This document shows, piece by piece, positions 13,280-26,758 of a stretch of DNA of 64,000 bases. This stretch comes from Camelus dromedarius (lineage: Eukaryota), in assembly GCF_036321535.1 (NCBI RefSeq), contig NC_087436.1, positions 79,734,001 to 79,798,000 on the forward strand. Reading direction: 5' to 3'. Both the position numbers and the translations under genes were made by a program. The first letter of the stretch is position 1; every line of letters begins with the position of its first letter. The notes beneath the pieces are model-generated. The model saw only the letters and a list, made by a program, of their open reading frames with translations. It was not told the DNA's origin and ran no database searches.

Positions 13280-13475
13280 CACCATTTTACTTCCTAACTC
13301 TGTGATCTTTGACAAGTTTCTGAATATCTCTGTGCCTCAATTTCTTCACAACATGAACAATAATAATCATTCTAATCTTTTAGATTGTCATGAGGATGAA
13401 ATGACATAACCTGTGTGGCACACTTAACACAGTGCTGGTACATAGTGGGCATCAATAAAAGTTAGTTACTAGTAT
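13280..13475 (+). mobile_element. MIR SINE
   Basis: tctctgtgcctcaatttcttcac...gaggatgaaatgacataac...acagtgctggtacatagtgggcatcaataaaagttag. Confidence 0.82.
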
Positions 13476-14124
13476 TAGTAGAAGTTAGTAGAGTTGAAGA
13501 ACTTTCTTAAGATAAACCAGTGGATGCCAGATCTTCAGGCAGAATATCCAGATCTTGCAGGCCATTGGTGCTGAAGGTAACTCCAAAAGTACAATAGCTG
13601 TCCAATAGCTATCCGAGATGAGGAGTGAAGGTAGTCATTACCAGCTAGAGGTTGCCTTTTGTTTAAGAAAAGAAGCAGAAAAACTAGAAACTCCTGATTC
13701 AAAATCATCAGTAATATAACACAGTGAGTTAATATTTGGGAAAAAATGAGGTTTTCACCTAAGGAAACCATTCTACCTCTTCCTCCGGTGTTGTTACAAA
13801 GAGAGGAAGTCCCCACTTGACTATTTACTCATTGTCCCCTCCTTTTATGTGTGTTTTGTTTGTGATCGGTACTCTAAACTCCCCAAATCCTTCCATATTG
13901 TACAGTCTAGAAGAGAATTATTTATTCATGTTGAATAAAATGGAAAAATAGATCAATGGCTGTCATATGTGAGTATCTTTTTTGGAGGTCTCAGTGCTTT
14001 TCTTATTTTTAGTTATAGTATTTCAAATGGTGCTTCATGCTTAGCTTCTGTTCTCCTGACACTTGTATTCAATTCTCCTGTTTAGAAAGTTAGCATGTCT
14101 TTTCTCAATCTGCTGTCTTGGGTT

Positions 14125-14345
14125 GGTGTGGAATAGTGGAAAGAGCATGGATATTCAGACTGGCGAACCTGGGTCCAACATCTGGTTCTAACCCTTATGG
14201 GCTGGGTGACTTTAAGCAATGACATAACTCCTTGCAGCATCAGTTTCTTCCTACGAAGTGGAGGTACTTCCTATACTTCATAAAATTGTTTTAGGAAATT
14301 AGGTATCATGTATGTGATGTATAAGTAATTGTTGCTCAATGAATG
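14125..14345 (+). mobile_element. MIR SINE
   Basis: atagtggaaagagcatggat...cctgggtcc...gctgggtgacttt...tcagtttcttcc. Confidence 0.75.
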
Positions 14346-14864
14346 CTAATTCCACCCCCTCCCATTTCTTCCATTTGAGCAGTGTTCTCCTGGTCTCTAA
14401 CTATTTTTAGAGCCTAGATAATCCCAGAGAATCTTTCTCATGTTCTTCCTGCCATTCCTGATAATGATAATAGAGGAAAGAGAATGAAAGAGAGAGCAAC
14501 AACTGATGAATGCCATTCATTCTCATCCACCAACTAACTCTGGATGCTGGTGACATTATATGAGGATATGACCAGTTCCCGGACCACTCTGGAGCTATTC
14601 AAACATTTACAATTCTACTGTGTGGAGTGTGTGTGTATCCAAACAAGAGCAGATGCTACTATGTCTTGTGTGAAGGCTTAATTCAAAAGAAAGGAAGTTA
14701 TGGCCCTGCCATCCACTCACAAAGTAGCTAAGGACCAAGGCTCACACACAGAAGATGATGAAGAACTTTTACAAAGCACCAGCCAAAAAAGAACAAATTA
14801 CTTAATACAAATCAGACTGTATATAAATGCTTTAAGGTATCTAGAGTAGGAGAGATTAGCATTG

Positions 14865-15860
14865 ATTCAGTGACATTTATTGAACAGTTTTTATGTAGCT
14901 GGCACTGTGCTTGGAGCAGGAGATTAAAATAAAAATGAATAAGACATGGTTCATGCTCTCATGAAACTCTCTGTCTGATGAGAGAGGCAAGCATATAACC
15001 AAATAAACACAGGGCACACCCTGGAGCATTTATAAAATGCACAGAAGAAATAGTCTTTGAGTTGTTACAAGGACAGTAGGATTTGGTTAGGACAGGGGTT
15101 GCAAACTCAAACTCCTGGAGGAGTCAGGAACATAATATAAATGAAAACAACTGTTAAAAAAATTAAGCAGAACAGCAATTCAGTGCAAGACATTCACTTT
15201 CTTGGTACTTTATTTGTATTAATTTATTTAATTTTTCTTCTTTTTCTTCCTATTATTATCTCTATTTTACTGTTGAGGAGACTGAAGCACAAACATTGAA
15301 CAACTAGTGTAAGGTCATGTCAGCCTGGAGTAGCATAATCAGGGCTCAGACCTAGGTAGTCTGGATTTGGTGCCCATGGCATTCACCACATTTGTCGCTT
15401 TTCTATAAAAAAGACAACCATGTAAGTTATGTGATCCATGGCAACTGATACTCAGCCTTAGCATTTTGGAGACAAAAGGGGGTGATGGAGACTCCAACTA
15501 ACTATTGTTTTTCAAAAATGATAGCTAGATAATTCTCCTTTCCCCTCTAGATAAGCCAGAAATCAAGACCCACCCTCCCACTCCATTAAATATCCAAAAT
15601 TTATGTTGGGAAACAATTTAAAATGTAAGCCCTCTATGGATGGAACAAAACATGCACACAGGTCACGTGCCACCAGGTTGTGACCTCTGGATTAGGCAGA
15701 CAAAGAGGATGGGGAAGTGAATTACATGCAAAGGGAACGGGTTGCACAGAGATGTGAAAGAGATTGTGAGTAATATGAGTGCCTGGCATAGAACACTAGC
15801 AATGGATGAGGCTGGTGAGGTCTTGGTGCACATGGTAAGGGGTTTACATTTTACATAGTT
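14865..15860 (-). mobile_element. L2 LINE 3' portion interrupted by MER102
   Basis: acatttattgaacagtttttatgtagctggcactgtgc...atgaataagacatggttcatgctctcatg; L2-like sequence resumes after 15690. Confidence 0.75.
15093..15689 (-). mobile_element. MER102-like hAT transposon containing a MIR fragment (~15255-15390)
   Basis: Terminal repeats caggggttgcaaac / ggttgtgacctctg; degenerate 8-bp TSD ggttagga/gattaggc. Confidence 0.7.
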
Positions 15861-15989
15861 TGCAAAGTTTGCAAAGTGGAGAGTTTTGTCCCTGTGGCAT
15901 TGTCCAAGGTGGATTGATCAAAGAAAAGGTGACTGCTCACCTCCCTGACATTGTTTCTCCCTTAGCTTTGCCTGGCCCTGAATGTCCCT

Positions 15990-16422
15990 GTCATCCTGGG
16001 CACACTGGTAAGATCCACACTTCTTTGACTTTGTTCACATCTTCTGCCTGGAATGTTCTCCATCCAGTTGAAGAACAAATACTTATCTAGGAAGGTTCAA
16101 CTCAAAAGAGCTAACTCTTTCTGAAGCTTTTCCTGATTGACTCAACCCCTACCCCTTCCTGCCTCCCAACCCAAACGTGCGGATCAACCACTCCCTCCCT
16201 TGGACCTCTGCTGTGTGTTTATTATGGCACCTGCAACACTTTACTGCACTTCTTTCCAATAGATCTATGTCCCTTACTGGTAAAGCACTAGTGTGAAACA
16301 CTTTTAGGCCAAGGAATCTCTTATTATTGCCTGCATTTCTAGAGTATAACTATGTTGTATATATCAGGCATTAAAATGTCTGAGGAATGAATAAACAAAT
16401 GAATGAAAGAATGAATAAATGG
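15990..16422 (+). mobile_element. L2 LINE 3' fragment
   Basis: cttctgcctggaatgttctcc...gaagctttttcctga-like segment; tail gaatgaataaacaaatgaatgaaagaatgaat. Confidence 0.78.
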
Positions 16423-16629
16423 ATAATACTTTCTGAGACTGTGGAGTTCTGAGCTGGCTTTTGAACACACTAAAGGTTCTGAATGTATCATTTCTTAAAT
16501 ATTTTGTCTGTTGACCTGAAGGGGTGTTTTGCTTATTTTGTATTACCTTTTGGGTCGCAAGAGTACATTTCTTTTTTTCTTTCAATATGTGAACAAATCC
16601 AACAAAACAATCTTTTTCAAAGTTGCCCA

Positions 16630-16790
16630 TGTGAGATAGCTATTGCTGCGTAACAAAGCACCCCAACATTCAATGCTTGAAACAATAGCCATTTATTACT
16701 GCTTATGAGTCAGCTGTGTTGTTCCATTGGTTTAGACTGAGCTTAGCTGGTCTCAGCTAGACTCATTCCTCTATCTGTGGTCAACTGGCA
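16630..16790 (-). mobile_element. MLT1 LTR fragment
   Basis: agctattgctgcgtaacaaagcaccccaa...aaacaatagccatttatt is the reversed MLT1 3' end. Confidence 0.7.
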
Positions 16791-16924
16791 TTCATCTATC
16801 TCAATGCCAGATCTTTCTAACCACATTAGCGTCATATTCTTACCACTTTCATAATTCTTTTGCCAAAATTGGGAGTGATAGACTGGGACTACCTATGCCA
16901 GTGACTCTTGTTTCCTCAGAATGT

Positions 16925-17136
16925 GGATCATTCATTGATTCATTAAACAAATAGCAGTTTAAGGCCAACCCTGTGCCAGACATTGTGCATGATGCTAGGA
17001 ATAGAGAATGGAAAAAAGAGTCTCTGACCTAGAAAAGCCAGAGTCTGGGGAGAGACAAATGTGCAGTAAAAAACTATAGTCCCAGAGTGTAACAATAGAA
17101 GTATAACAATTAAAGAATTATAAAGTGACGAGGAGG
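16925..17136 (-). mobile_element. L2 LINE tail, interrupted by the LTR at 17137
   Basis: cattcattgattcattaaacaaat...ctgtgccagacattgtgcatgatgctagga. Confidence 0.75.
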
Positions 17137-17848
17137 TGTTACCGAAACACAGGTCTGGCTGCTTGCCATGGAAAGCCAATACAAAGGGAGGCACATGTTG
17201 GTAAAAGAAAAGTTTGCTTTTTTTCTGGAGGCTGGCCATCAGTGAGGGGGAAGGCAGACTCCCATCCAAAGGCCAATCCCCCACCCCTTACTGCCACCCC
17301 ACTGATAATTAGGGGTAAGAGCTTTTAAAGGGGATTGTCAGGGGTGTACAGGCAGAAGGAGGGGGCTCCATGCAGAACGGCACAGTCAGCTCTGACAGTC
17401 ATCCAGAAATTAGTCATGTAGTGATCTGATCAGCATCAACTCGATTGTTTTAAGTACAGTTAATCTTCAGTTCCAGGGTCAGTTTGTTCCTGTTTGTTTG
17501 AGGCCAGTTCTCAGAATTGTGGCAGCTTATGTCATGGCTACCATCTGGTCATCATGTAGTTAACTCCTCCCCCCTGGTGGGGGTTTCAGCCTCTACAAGA
17601 CAACTCAAAGGATACAGCTCAGACATTATCTACAGCCCCTGAGGAGGAACTAAAGGTCCTTGACTTTGTTTAATGACTTAACTATTATTATTCCATTTTG
17701 CTTAACTATTTCCCTTTGTTTCTGTATTTTCTTATTTCTCTGATTAAATTTATTCTTTGACTAAAGTTTTTCTACAGACAAGAGGCAGGCAGAGGACATG
17801 GGGGAGGGTCTGTCCTGGGAAAGCCCCATAGGGTCCTGCTATGTTTCA
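17137..17848 (-). mobile_element. ERV1-class solo LTR (712 bp)
   Basis: TG...CA ends; 4-bp flanks gagg/gaga. Reverse complement starts tgaaacatagcaggaccctatggggc, related to the start of the LTR at 51973. Confidence 0.85.
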
Positions 17849-18109
17849 GAGAAAGTGATTACCTATGTGGGGGAGGGGGTCAGTGGCAGAGCCAGGTAGG
17901 AAAAGTCTTCTTGGAGGCATATATGACTGAACTCTTACCTGGATATGCAATTATTTAGTAATTGTGTCTAGATTATTAAGATTCGCTGCCATATAATATA
18001 CCCTTAAGATATTGATCTTTCAAAGGTATATATCAATTTGTTATTTGAATTATGGAAATGATAATCCAGCATGCTTTCCTCTGCTAACCTTTGGTCAGTT
18101 CCTGGCTGT

Positions 18110-18445
18110 AGAGAGCAGTGCTTAAGAGTGTAGGATCTGGGCCTGGGTTTAAATCTCAGCTCCACTGTTTATCAATTGTGCCTCAGTTTCCTCTTCTGTA
18201 AAATAGGGATGGCAACGTGAAGATTAAATGCATTATTAGTACCTCCAAAGATAGGGCCTAGCACATAGTAAGTGCTCATAATTGTTAGTTGTTTTAAGGA
18301 TTTGGATTTTTCCCCCGGGCTTTTTCTTCTTTCCTCCCTTATAAAGTGGAGATGAAAATTAACCCACCTGATAAGGTTGTTGTGAAGATTTAACGAGATT
18401 AAATATACGAAAGTCACATTGAATAGTGCCTAGCACATGGCACAT
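18110..18445 (+). mobile_element. Two adjacent MIR fragments
   Basis: cctgggtttaaatctcagctccac...gcctcagtttcctcttctgtaaaatagggat; second fragment aggttgttgtgaagatttaacgag...gtgcctagcacatgg. Confidence 0.82.
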
Positions 18446-19489
18446 GCCTTGGAAGTACACATCATTGTTATTCTGTTTATGTCATGTTTAACTATTCAAA
18501 AAACTGAAGCTATCTGTTCTTAGTTTCTAGGGGTTCGAAAACATTTTGTATCTTATCATATAGTCTTCTCTTTCACTAGGCAGAGGCCATCATTTACTTA
18601 TGTATTTCCCTTTGGAAGAATGGTGGGAGGGTCAAGGTGTCGTGAGAAAAACTCCAAGGCAGTGTTTGAGAGGTGGGTGCTTTACATGGTCTTAACGCTG
18701 TGATGTGCTGGAGAATGGGTCCTCAGAGTTGACCTCTTCTGACAGATTCACACACACACACACATCTCCCTTGGCAATGGGCACATCACATGGCATCCCC
18801 TACTGCATCTTTTTGTACCACTTGCCTTTTGATTATGCAGAGAAGTAGGTGATCCTCAGATTGTAGTGTTTACTGTCTCCAACAGGTATTAGCAATCGTT
18901 TAGAAAGATGCTAACAAAAGTAATCAATAGAGCAAAGAAAGATGAACCACTGAAAAGAATATAATGAGATGGTAGAAGTCACCTCAAATATATTGTGGTT
19001 GCTTAATTATAGAATTTTCTGACTAAATTTAAAGTTAGTTAAATAATATTTTCAAAGAATATCTGGCACATAATGAAAACTGAATAAACTCAGAAATGAA
19101 TGGATGAATGAATGATAAGGTTAGGAAAATGCTTACTAACAGACTACATGCTATCAGAAAAGATCATTTAAAAACTATACTTTGATTATTCTACTAAGAA
19201 TGAAGAGGTTTTTCAGCGCAGTGGAATATCTGTCAAGAGTTGTTTCCCTAAATACTTAATGAATTTTATAATGTTGTGGTGGCTTGATGGAATTTGTAAT
19301 TTGAAGACCAGAGAAATGAACAAAGAGGAATAGGGTGAAATCATATTCCTGAAGTAAGAGAGCAATCTGAGCATTGAGTATTCAAGATCTAATAGTATTG
19401 AAATGCCAATCTATGGCAAAGCCTTGCAGAGTCATTTGTCACTGTGTTTGATTATGCTCTAAGGCCGTATTTGATTCGAAGGCTTTGCA

Positions 19490-19780
19490 GTGGAAGGAGT
19501 ACTGGATTTGAAGTCAGATAGATCTGGGTTCACGGTCAGCACATATCAGGGATGTCATTCACGGAGCCTCCAACATGAGTGTTCCTTCACAGAGTCATGC
19601 AAAATGCTGGTTCTGCTGGGGTTCAAATACTTGCTCTGCTACCTACTAGCTGTGGCACATGGAGCAAGTTGACTGACCTTTCTGAGTTCAGTTTCCTCTG
19701 CTGTTAATATGAGCACTAAAGAGGATAACACAGTAGTATGTACAGTATCTAGCGTAGTGTCTTGGCCGTATTTGGTGATT
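19490..19780 (+). mobile_element. MIR fragments
   Basis: gggttcaaatacttgctctgctacctactagctgtggc...agtttcctc. Confidence 0.72.
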
Positions 19781-19879
19781 TTTCCATAATGCCACTTGTT
19801 AATTAGTTATAGGAAGGCATTGACTCTGGATCTGTATTAGAACGGACATTTGTGCATCTGGGTATTTTGCCTCATCCAA

Positions 19880-20105
19880 GAGGCAGCTTTACATAGTGCA
19901 GCAGTTAACACACAGATTCTGGGCTCCGGCCTCCTGGGTTTGAATTAAGATTCTGCTGCTTAATTAGCTGTGTGGCTTTAGATGAATTAAATAGCCTCTT
20001 CTTACTTCAGCTTCTTTTTCTGTAAAAAGTAGTAGTAGTACCTACCTTGGGATGCTTTGAGAATTAAATGAATTAACATTTGTAAAGTACTTGGAACAGT
20101 CTCTA
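19880..20105 (+). mobile_element. MIR SINE
   Basis: atagtgcagcagttaacacacagattctggg...agtacctacc...gaattaaatgaattaacatttgtaaagtacttggaacag. Confidence 0.85.
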
Positions 20106-21169
20106 ACAGGAACCCAGAGCTGTAGACCACTAAAAGCAGCTGGTGAATTGTGTGGGCACTACTTTTTCCTAACATACCAGGGGCTTAACTTAGTAGCCTT
20201 GCATAACATCTTGATGCATTGCGAAGGCATGGAATTTAAATTATTTTGCCAGTGTTTTGGTGACTGTTCTAGCAAAGAAAATGGTTGACCAGAGCTATGG
20301 TTTCAGTCTGTGAACAGAGACAAAAATAAAATTAAATAACCAAGGGCATTAATGTATCTTTTTAAATTGGGATATAGAGGATCGAGTTAATCATACCCCT
20401 TGTTATCATCATTGGTCTTTGCAAGGGCCCCTCTTGAATGTATGTATATACATGTGAATGTATGTTTATATATGTGAATGTATAGGTACCTGCATGAATC
20501 TATGTATGCTTGCATTCATTACCTCTCACTTACAATAACTCTTTTCCTTTCTTCTTTTTCTTTTGAGAAACCATTCTTATGTATTTAATGTATGTGTTTT
20601 GTTTGACAGCGTATTCTTATTCTCTGTGTGTATATTTTAATGTACATAAAGGTTATTATGCAAATATGTACTTCATTTTGTTCCTAAATTTTCTTCACTC
20701 ATCATATGGCTTTAGGAACCATTCCTGTTGCTTGATGTATACCTTGCTTCTAATTGCTCCAAGTGCTCCATGGGATACCTCCATCACACTTGACCTGTCA
20801 ACACATGGACACCTGGATCGTTTCCAACTTCCTGTCACCACAGTGAAGTTATTGTTCTATTGATTTTTAGTATCCAGTGGAGTTAGAATTCTCATGACAA
20901 TCTGATGATTTTCTTATAGATACAATAGAGCCCTCTTTTTCAGGTTGTTCAGGGGTGGTACTTGGTTAGTCAACTGAAAAATTATTAAAACTGGGATTTG
21001 TTAAAGTCATACATAATTTAACTCTTTTATTGTAACTTCAGAAGTTTAAGTGTACCTTTTTTGCCATTTCTTTAAAAAAATAGGGTAAAGAGTTTTCCTT
21101 TGTTGAATGTATGCATGTATGTATTTTTTTAAATATATTTGTTTTTTCTCAATTTTTTCTTTTAAAAAA

Positions 21170-21606
21170 TTTATTTATTTATTTATTTCTGGTTTATTGA
21201 AATATAACTGACATATAACATTGTGTCAGTTTAAGGTGTACAACGTGTTAATTTGATACACTTGTATATTGTGAAATAATTACCACCATAATGTTAGCTA
21301 ATGCCATCATCCCCTCACATGATTAATGTTTCTGTTTTGTGGTGAGAACATTTATGGTCTATTCTCTTAGAAACTTCCAAGCATATAATGCAGTATTGTT
21401 AACTATAATCACCAGGCTGTACAGTAGATTGCCCAGAACTTACCTCATAACTGTAAGTTTGTATCCTCTGGCCAACTACCTATTCCCCCAAGCCTGCTAC
21501 CCCCAGTAGCCACTATTCTACTCTTGTCCACGAGTTCACCTTTTCTAGATTCTACATATACGTGTATCATACAGTATTGTCTCTCTCTGCCTGACTTATT
21601 TCACTC
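21170..21606 (-). mobile_element. L1MA9-like 3' end
   Basis: ttattgaaatataactgacatataacattgtgtcagtttaaggtgtacaacgtg...tctagattctacatatacgtgtatcatacagtatt...gacttatttcact. Confidence 0.88.
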
Positions 21607-22804
21607 CATTTGGTTTTATTTTAGTATGGGCCTGCTTTTGGAGCTCATTTTCATATTTCTTGTATAAATGACATGCCAAATACCTTACGTGTTTTCCTGT
21701 TTCATTTTCTTTAAAGAGAAGTAAGAACTTAAATATACTGTGGTGGAGAAACCTAAGTGCAAAATTCTTTCAGATTTAAAAATTTTTCTCTTTTCCACAG
21801 TTGTCCGTCAAAACAACTTGCCTTTATCAAGTATTTCCAAAGCATTCAACTTAGTTTTCAGAATGATTGATGTCTTTCTTTTCACTTTCACATTGTCTCA
21901 CTTTAAATATGTGGCCTATAGCCACACAGAAGGAAACAAATGGAATTCTACAAACATGACTTTGTTCTGTTTCAATTTGGAGAGATCCTACTTATTTTTC
22001 TAGTTTTTGAGCCTCAGGCTTTCTTTGCTTTAGTTACCTGGAGACTTGGGCCTAGAATCCATGCTTTGATATTTTCAATTAGCATAAAACCAGACTTGGA
22101 ACTTTTAAGAAACAGTAGATTGGAAAGCATTTCCTATATTGCAAGGGGTTATACATATGCAGTGTGGTTTTAAGCTCTGTGTCTATATTATCTTTGCTAT
22201 AATACATCACAGTATTCAGCCCAGTCTCTAGAACATAAGGGGAGCTCAAAATAAATATTTATTCGATAAGTGAATGAATGAATGAATTAAAACTGGGAGA
22301 CAGTTTAAATGTGACTTCTTTTTTTAAACAAACAATTTTATTGAGGTATGATTGAGATCTGATACAGTTATATGCTGTGAAATGATTACCACCATAGAGT
22401 TAGAGAGTTGATTTCTGATGCTACCTTATACCATCTTAAACACTGGTATAGAACAGTGTGTGGAAAGGATTTCTCTTGGCTGTCACATTTTAAGAATCTG
22501 ATTTCTTCTTCCTGAGCTCTTAGTGGAAACTTAAGGAGTATTTTTCTTTTGCTTTCCTAACGAAAGAGGGTAATACTCATTTTCTCTGTAATGATAATAT
22601 TTACACTTAAAAAAGAAGCTGCTAAAATTTTTTTTTTTTTGATATAGAATTCTTCTGTACAGAATTCTAAGCTGGTTAGACTACTTTGGTTCTGGAGAGT
22701 GTATAAAAAAGAAAAAAAAGAATTAGAATAAGTTATTAGGCCAAATTTTAAAAAACAAAGAAAACATTAATAGCTGGATAGCTGGATGTATGTTAAGTAA
22801 TCAT

Positions 22805-23105
22805 GGTTTTATTTGTTTATCCTTTTAACGAATATTCATTACCATTCTACGATGTGCCAGTCACTACGATGGAAAAATATTGGCTGCATTACTGCCCCCA
22901 TGGAGCTTATGTTCTAATTCGGTAGGAGCTAAAAACTTCAAAAGGAGCTAGTAAGTGAACAAACATAGCAATATATAATATGGTAAGGGCTAGAAAGAAA
23001 ATCAAAAGGATGTGAACATAAGAAGTAATAGAGGAGTTTGGTCTGAAGAGGTGACATTTATCTTGAGACCTGAAGTCGGAGAAGGAGCCAGTCAGAGACC
23101 AGGGA
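22805..23105 (-). mobile_element. L2 LINE 3' fragment
   Basis: atgtgccagtcactac...ctgcccccatggagcttatgttcta...gaagaggtgacatttatcttgagacctgaag. Confidence 0.75.
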
Positions 23106-25745
23106 AGGCCACACTCACAGAGGGAGCCTCAGTTTTATGTGCTCTGGGACTTCTGTTCATCATTTCAAAGAAGTTCTGAGGCACATGAAATCTTTATAGA
23201 TAACCTAATTTAAAAAAAAATTAAAAGAAATGAAACCAGAGGGGTAGGAGATATCACCTAAATGCCAAGGTAATTTAGGTTTCATATAAACACTGTCCAC
23301 TACCTCCTCCACCAAAAAAAAAAAGGTTTAATGGAAATGTTTTCATGTTCATTTTTCTCTCAAGGAATCTTGTGTGTAATGTCTATAATACTGGAACTCA
23401 CCTTTAAAAATATATATACCATCTGACAAAGAAAAAAAGAAAGAAAGTATGATTCACTAATGTAAGAATTTGGGTAACTCATTTTCAGTAGATTATGGCC
23501 AGTTTCCTACTCTGGAGATTATTCTCTTCTGTTGATTCTCTTCCTTTTCCTCATTCTACCCTCCTTTTGGTTATTACACTGCTCATTAGCATTTCTATTA
23601 AGCAATTCTGAGGAGGGGAAAAATCAATCAAGGAAAGGAGCTTCAATTTGAGGCTTGGTGGGTGAGAAGTTGCATCTATTGGCTAAAACCAGATTATTTT
23701 TGGATTCTCGGTGGATTTCCTTTATCCACGTTATTTCTGCCTCAAAGCATAGACTAACACAAGCTGATCATATTGTATAACGTAGAAACACACACTGCTA
23801 AAGGTTTTGAGAGTACAGCAATATTTAAATTAAAACTTCTAGGTGACAGAGGTATTTAAGCGATCACAGTTTTAAGACTGTTGAGGTGATGCTAGTGCTA
23901 CAAACAGATTCTACTTCAAAAGCATGTTGTTGCCTGTAGCCATAGGGTGTAACATCTACAGTAAGAGATTCTTCACATCCTGGAAGAAGGTGACCCTGCC
24001 TCTTAAAAAATGGGCCAGGTTCTGTTCTTGACCTTTCCCTGTTCTTGATAATACCCTTTAACCCACACGAGCTACAGTCTTGTTATTTACGGTCCAGAGA
24101 AATACAAACAGTACATTTGACATCTGAACCATAAATGTGGAAAAAAGCTCAAGCACACACCCTGTGTCATGGCCATCACTCACGTTACGTTTGTAAGTCT
24201 TTTAAAAGCCTCTGTGTTCTTTCTTTTCAGGCCTGAAGCTATTTCTTTTTGAATGACCATTGGTCTCCTGTGTCCCCAGGGGGCTGAGGAGCTGTACACC
24301 CATGGTGTGCTTGAGGTCAGGCGAGGTTGAAGACCATGGTAGGTCAGAAAAGGACATGGGGAGATTCTGTGTCCTTGGTGGGGATGTATTTGTGCTGAAC
24401 TTGCAAAATGTACGAGTTCAGTGTCATCTGTTTTCAGTATTTCCTGAACAATTGATTTATTCCACATTATTAATGAACTTTGCAGCAGTTCCACTTGTCA
24501 GAGCCTACTCTGTAGGGGTCAATAATGAGAGGAAACCTGATGTTAGTGAATCCAGCTTAAGTGATTCTGTCACGCTAACGATTCAATATATCAGGACAAA
24601 TGTCAGCTCCTTCCAATATGTTAATTCCTCTGGTCCCATTTGCATAAACTACAGTCAATGAAATACAAGCTCCCCCCTCTAAGATAGTTAATAGAGATTT
24701 GTAAAGGATTTTTAATTTACCTTTTTTTTTTGTCTCCTTCAACATAAATTCTTAAGTTAAAAACGGGACATGGAAAGCAAGAATCACAGATTGGGAAGAG
24801 GATGTAAACTTACTACAGCTAAAATATGAAGGAAGATAAAATTCATAGGTATAAATTTAGTTGTTTCTTAAGAATTCTGTGCATTTGCACTTACTGCTTT
24901 CCAGAGGAGCAACGACTTTCTAAAAACTTGGGAACAAAGCATCAATGTATTCTTTTTATATTTTGAGTTGAATTTTCTGTTTCTCATCTCCTGAGGTAAC
25001 TCACTAGATCATTAGTTTTCCCCAAGGACATTAAATCTGGGTTTCCTATCTCGCCTCCTAACTCACAACATTTCCTTGAGGCCACCGACATGTAGCAGCA
25101 ATGTTTATTTTAGAATCAGCTCTTCTTTTGCTCTCAAGTCCAAGGTGAATACATATCACAGTCCAAAATTAAGATTAAGAAATCAGAATTTCTTTTATTT
25201 CTTCTTCTGGGATGAAATACATAGTTATCTGATTTATCCAATGAAGTCATTCCCCCACCCCCTTTTTTTTAAACAAGCTTTAAGATTTCTATTCATTTAG
25301 AGTTCTTAAGATTTTATCAGTTGGTTGTCACTTGGGATTTATTAGCTTTCTGTATCTATTTGCACTATTGGCAACTGTAATTTTCATTCTGACTGCAAAC
25401 ATTTCTCTTGTCTGCTAATTTCAGCTTTGTTTTGCAAGGTGGCTCAAAATTTTTCTTCTTCACCCATGACATTTAATATAGACTCTTTTATTCATGTAAA
25501 CTTGGTAGAGATAAAAAACAAACAAATAAGATAGACCTAGAATTTTATTGTTGACATTTGCCTAAGTAGTTCCATGCCTCCCCTGCAGTCCCTGAGGTAG
25601 TTTTCAGGCTCACGTAAGGTGAGATAACAATGATGCAGCTCATGGCAGTGGGTGCCGTCAATCCACACAGAGCCCTGACAGCAATAAGGCCTGCAGCCTT
25701 CACTTGTGCTTTAGTGCTTACTTGCCATCAGCCTGGTGACTGTCC

Positions 25746-25830
25746 TTTTGTCTGTTGTTTTTTCGTTTTGTTTTTGTTTTTGTGTGTTTTTGTGGGTTTT
25801 TTGTTGTTGTTGTTGTTGTTGGTTTTTTTT
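25746..25830. repeat. T-rich / (TTG)n simple repeat
   Basis: ttgttgttgttgttgttgtt flanked by T runs. Confidence 0.9.
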
Positions 25831-26234
25831 AGGTTACAGGATGAGTTTAATAAAGTTCTCCAAACATTCCTCTTACCTAAGTTGCAATGTTTCATCTTCT
25901 TTTACCCTGTTTAATTCCAAATATGCAGAGCCTGGTACTTTGAAAATTAGTACAACAAACTGTCCAGATCGTATTTTGCTTATTATTTGCCCTAGTCCAT
26001 AAAATTGGGGTGGATATTTTCACATGTTTCTCCCCTAAGGAGAGCCGGCAAGGCTGTCTTATTGCAACATCTGTATTATTTGAAGCGAAGTATTGTGGCC
26101 CTGAATTGCAATTCCAGGTAGTAAGTGAGCCATCATCACACCTTAACTTTCTAAAGATAGCCCCCGATCGTGCATAAGGGAAGTGTTTTGATGACTAACT
26201 TTAGAGAGTTCATTTATCCTCTGTATTTATCTTT

Positions 26235-26758
26235 ATGAGTCAGCTAGATTTTTAAACTCCAGGAAAAACAAAGACTGATTTTTCTTTGTTTCACCATGAT
26301 AACAAACACAATGCTATGTAATGTAGTAGAGATTGTTTATGTATCTTGCAGAATTTTCTAAAGGATAATGGATCTCTTTTGCTGAATACATATATATATA
26401 TACATACACATACATACACTCATGTACGTTTGTGAATGTATATATATACTTGTTAAAAATAATAAATTGTAAAAGGTAAAAAAAAATCACCAAATTGAGA
26501 TTGGTGTTTATCAGTTTGACTAGGAAACTCAGCTGATTTGAAAGTTAAATCTTACTTGTTTTCTACTAAAAAGCCTTCTAAATTTAGCTGAGTCAGGCCA
26601 CTAATGTGTCATAAGAGATAAATAATCTGGGGCTTTCTTTCACCTGCCCTCCCCTGTCAAGTCTTCAGGGTCCCCTCCAGGGTTTTTCAGCCCTGCTGGC
26701 TTGTTCCCTGCCCCTGGTTATATCCTGGCACTGCTGCGCTCTCTGGGTGCTGAGTCAT
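26235..26758. promoter_or_regulatory. Cluster of three AP-1/ARE (NRF2/BACH1/NFE2-small MAF type) motifs
   Basis: TGAGTCA at 26236, 26589 and 26751. tgctgagtcat at 26748-26758 is the reverse complement of the ARE consensus ATGACTCAGCA. Motif match only. Confidence 0.5.

Noticed and set aside
24180..24661. Overlapping 104-aa and 133-aa ORFs
   Set aside because: No recognisable domain and non-ATG starts; only the splice-site pair is retained as a finding.
25593..25612. tgaggtag, matching the let-7 5' end
   Set aside because: The following sequence does not match let-7 and I see no precursor hairpin.
25630..26002. ORFs with poly-Leu or poly-Cys resembling membrane peptides
   Set aside because: Translation of the (TTG)n/T-rich simple repeat.
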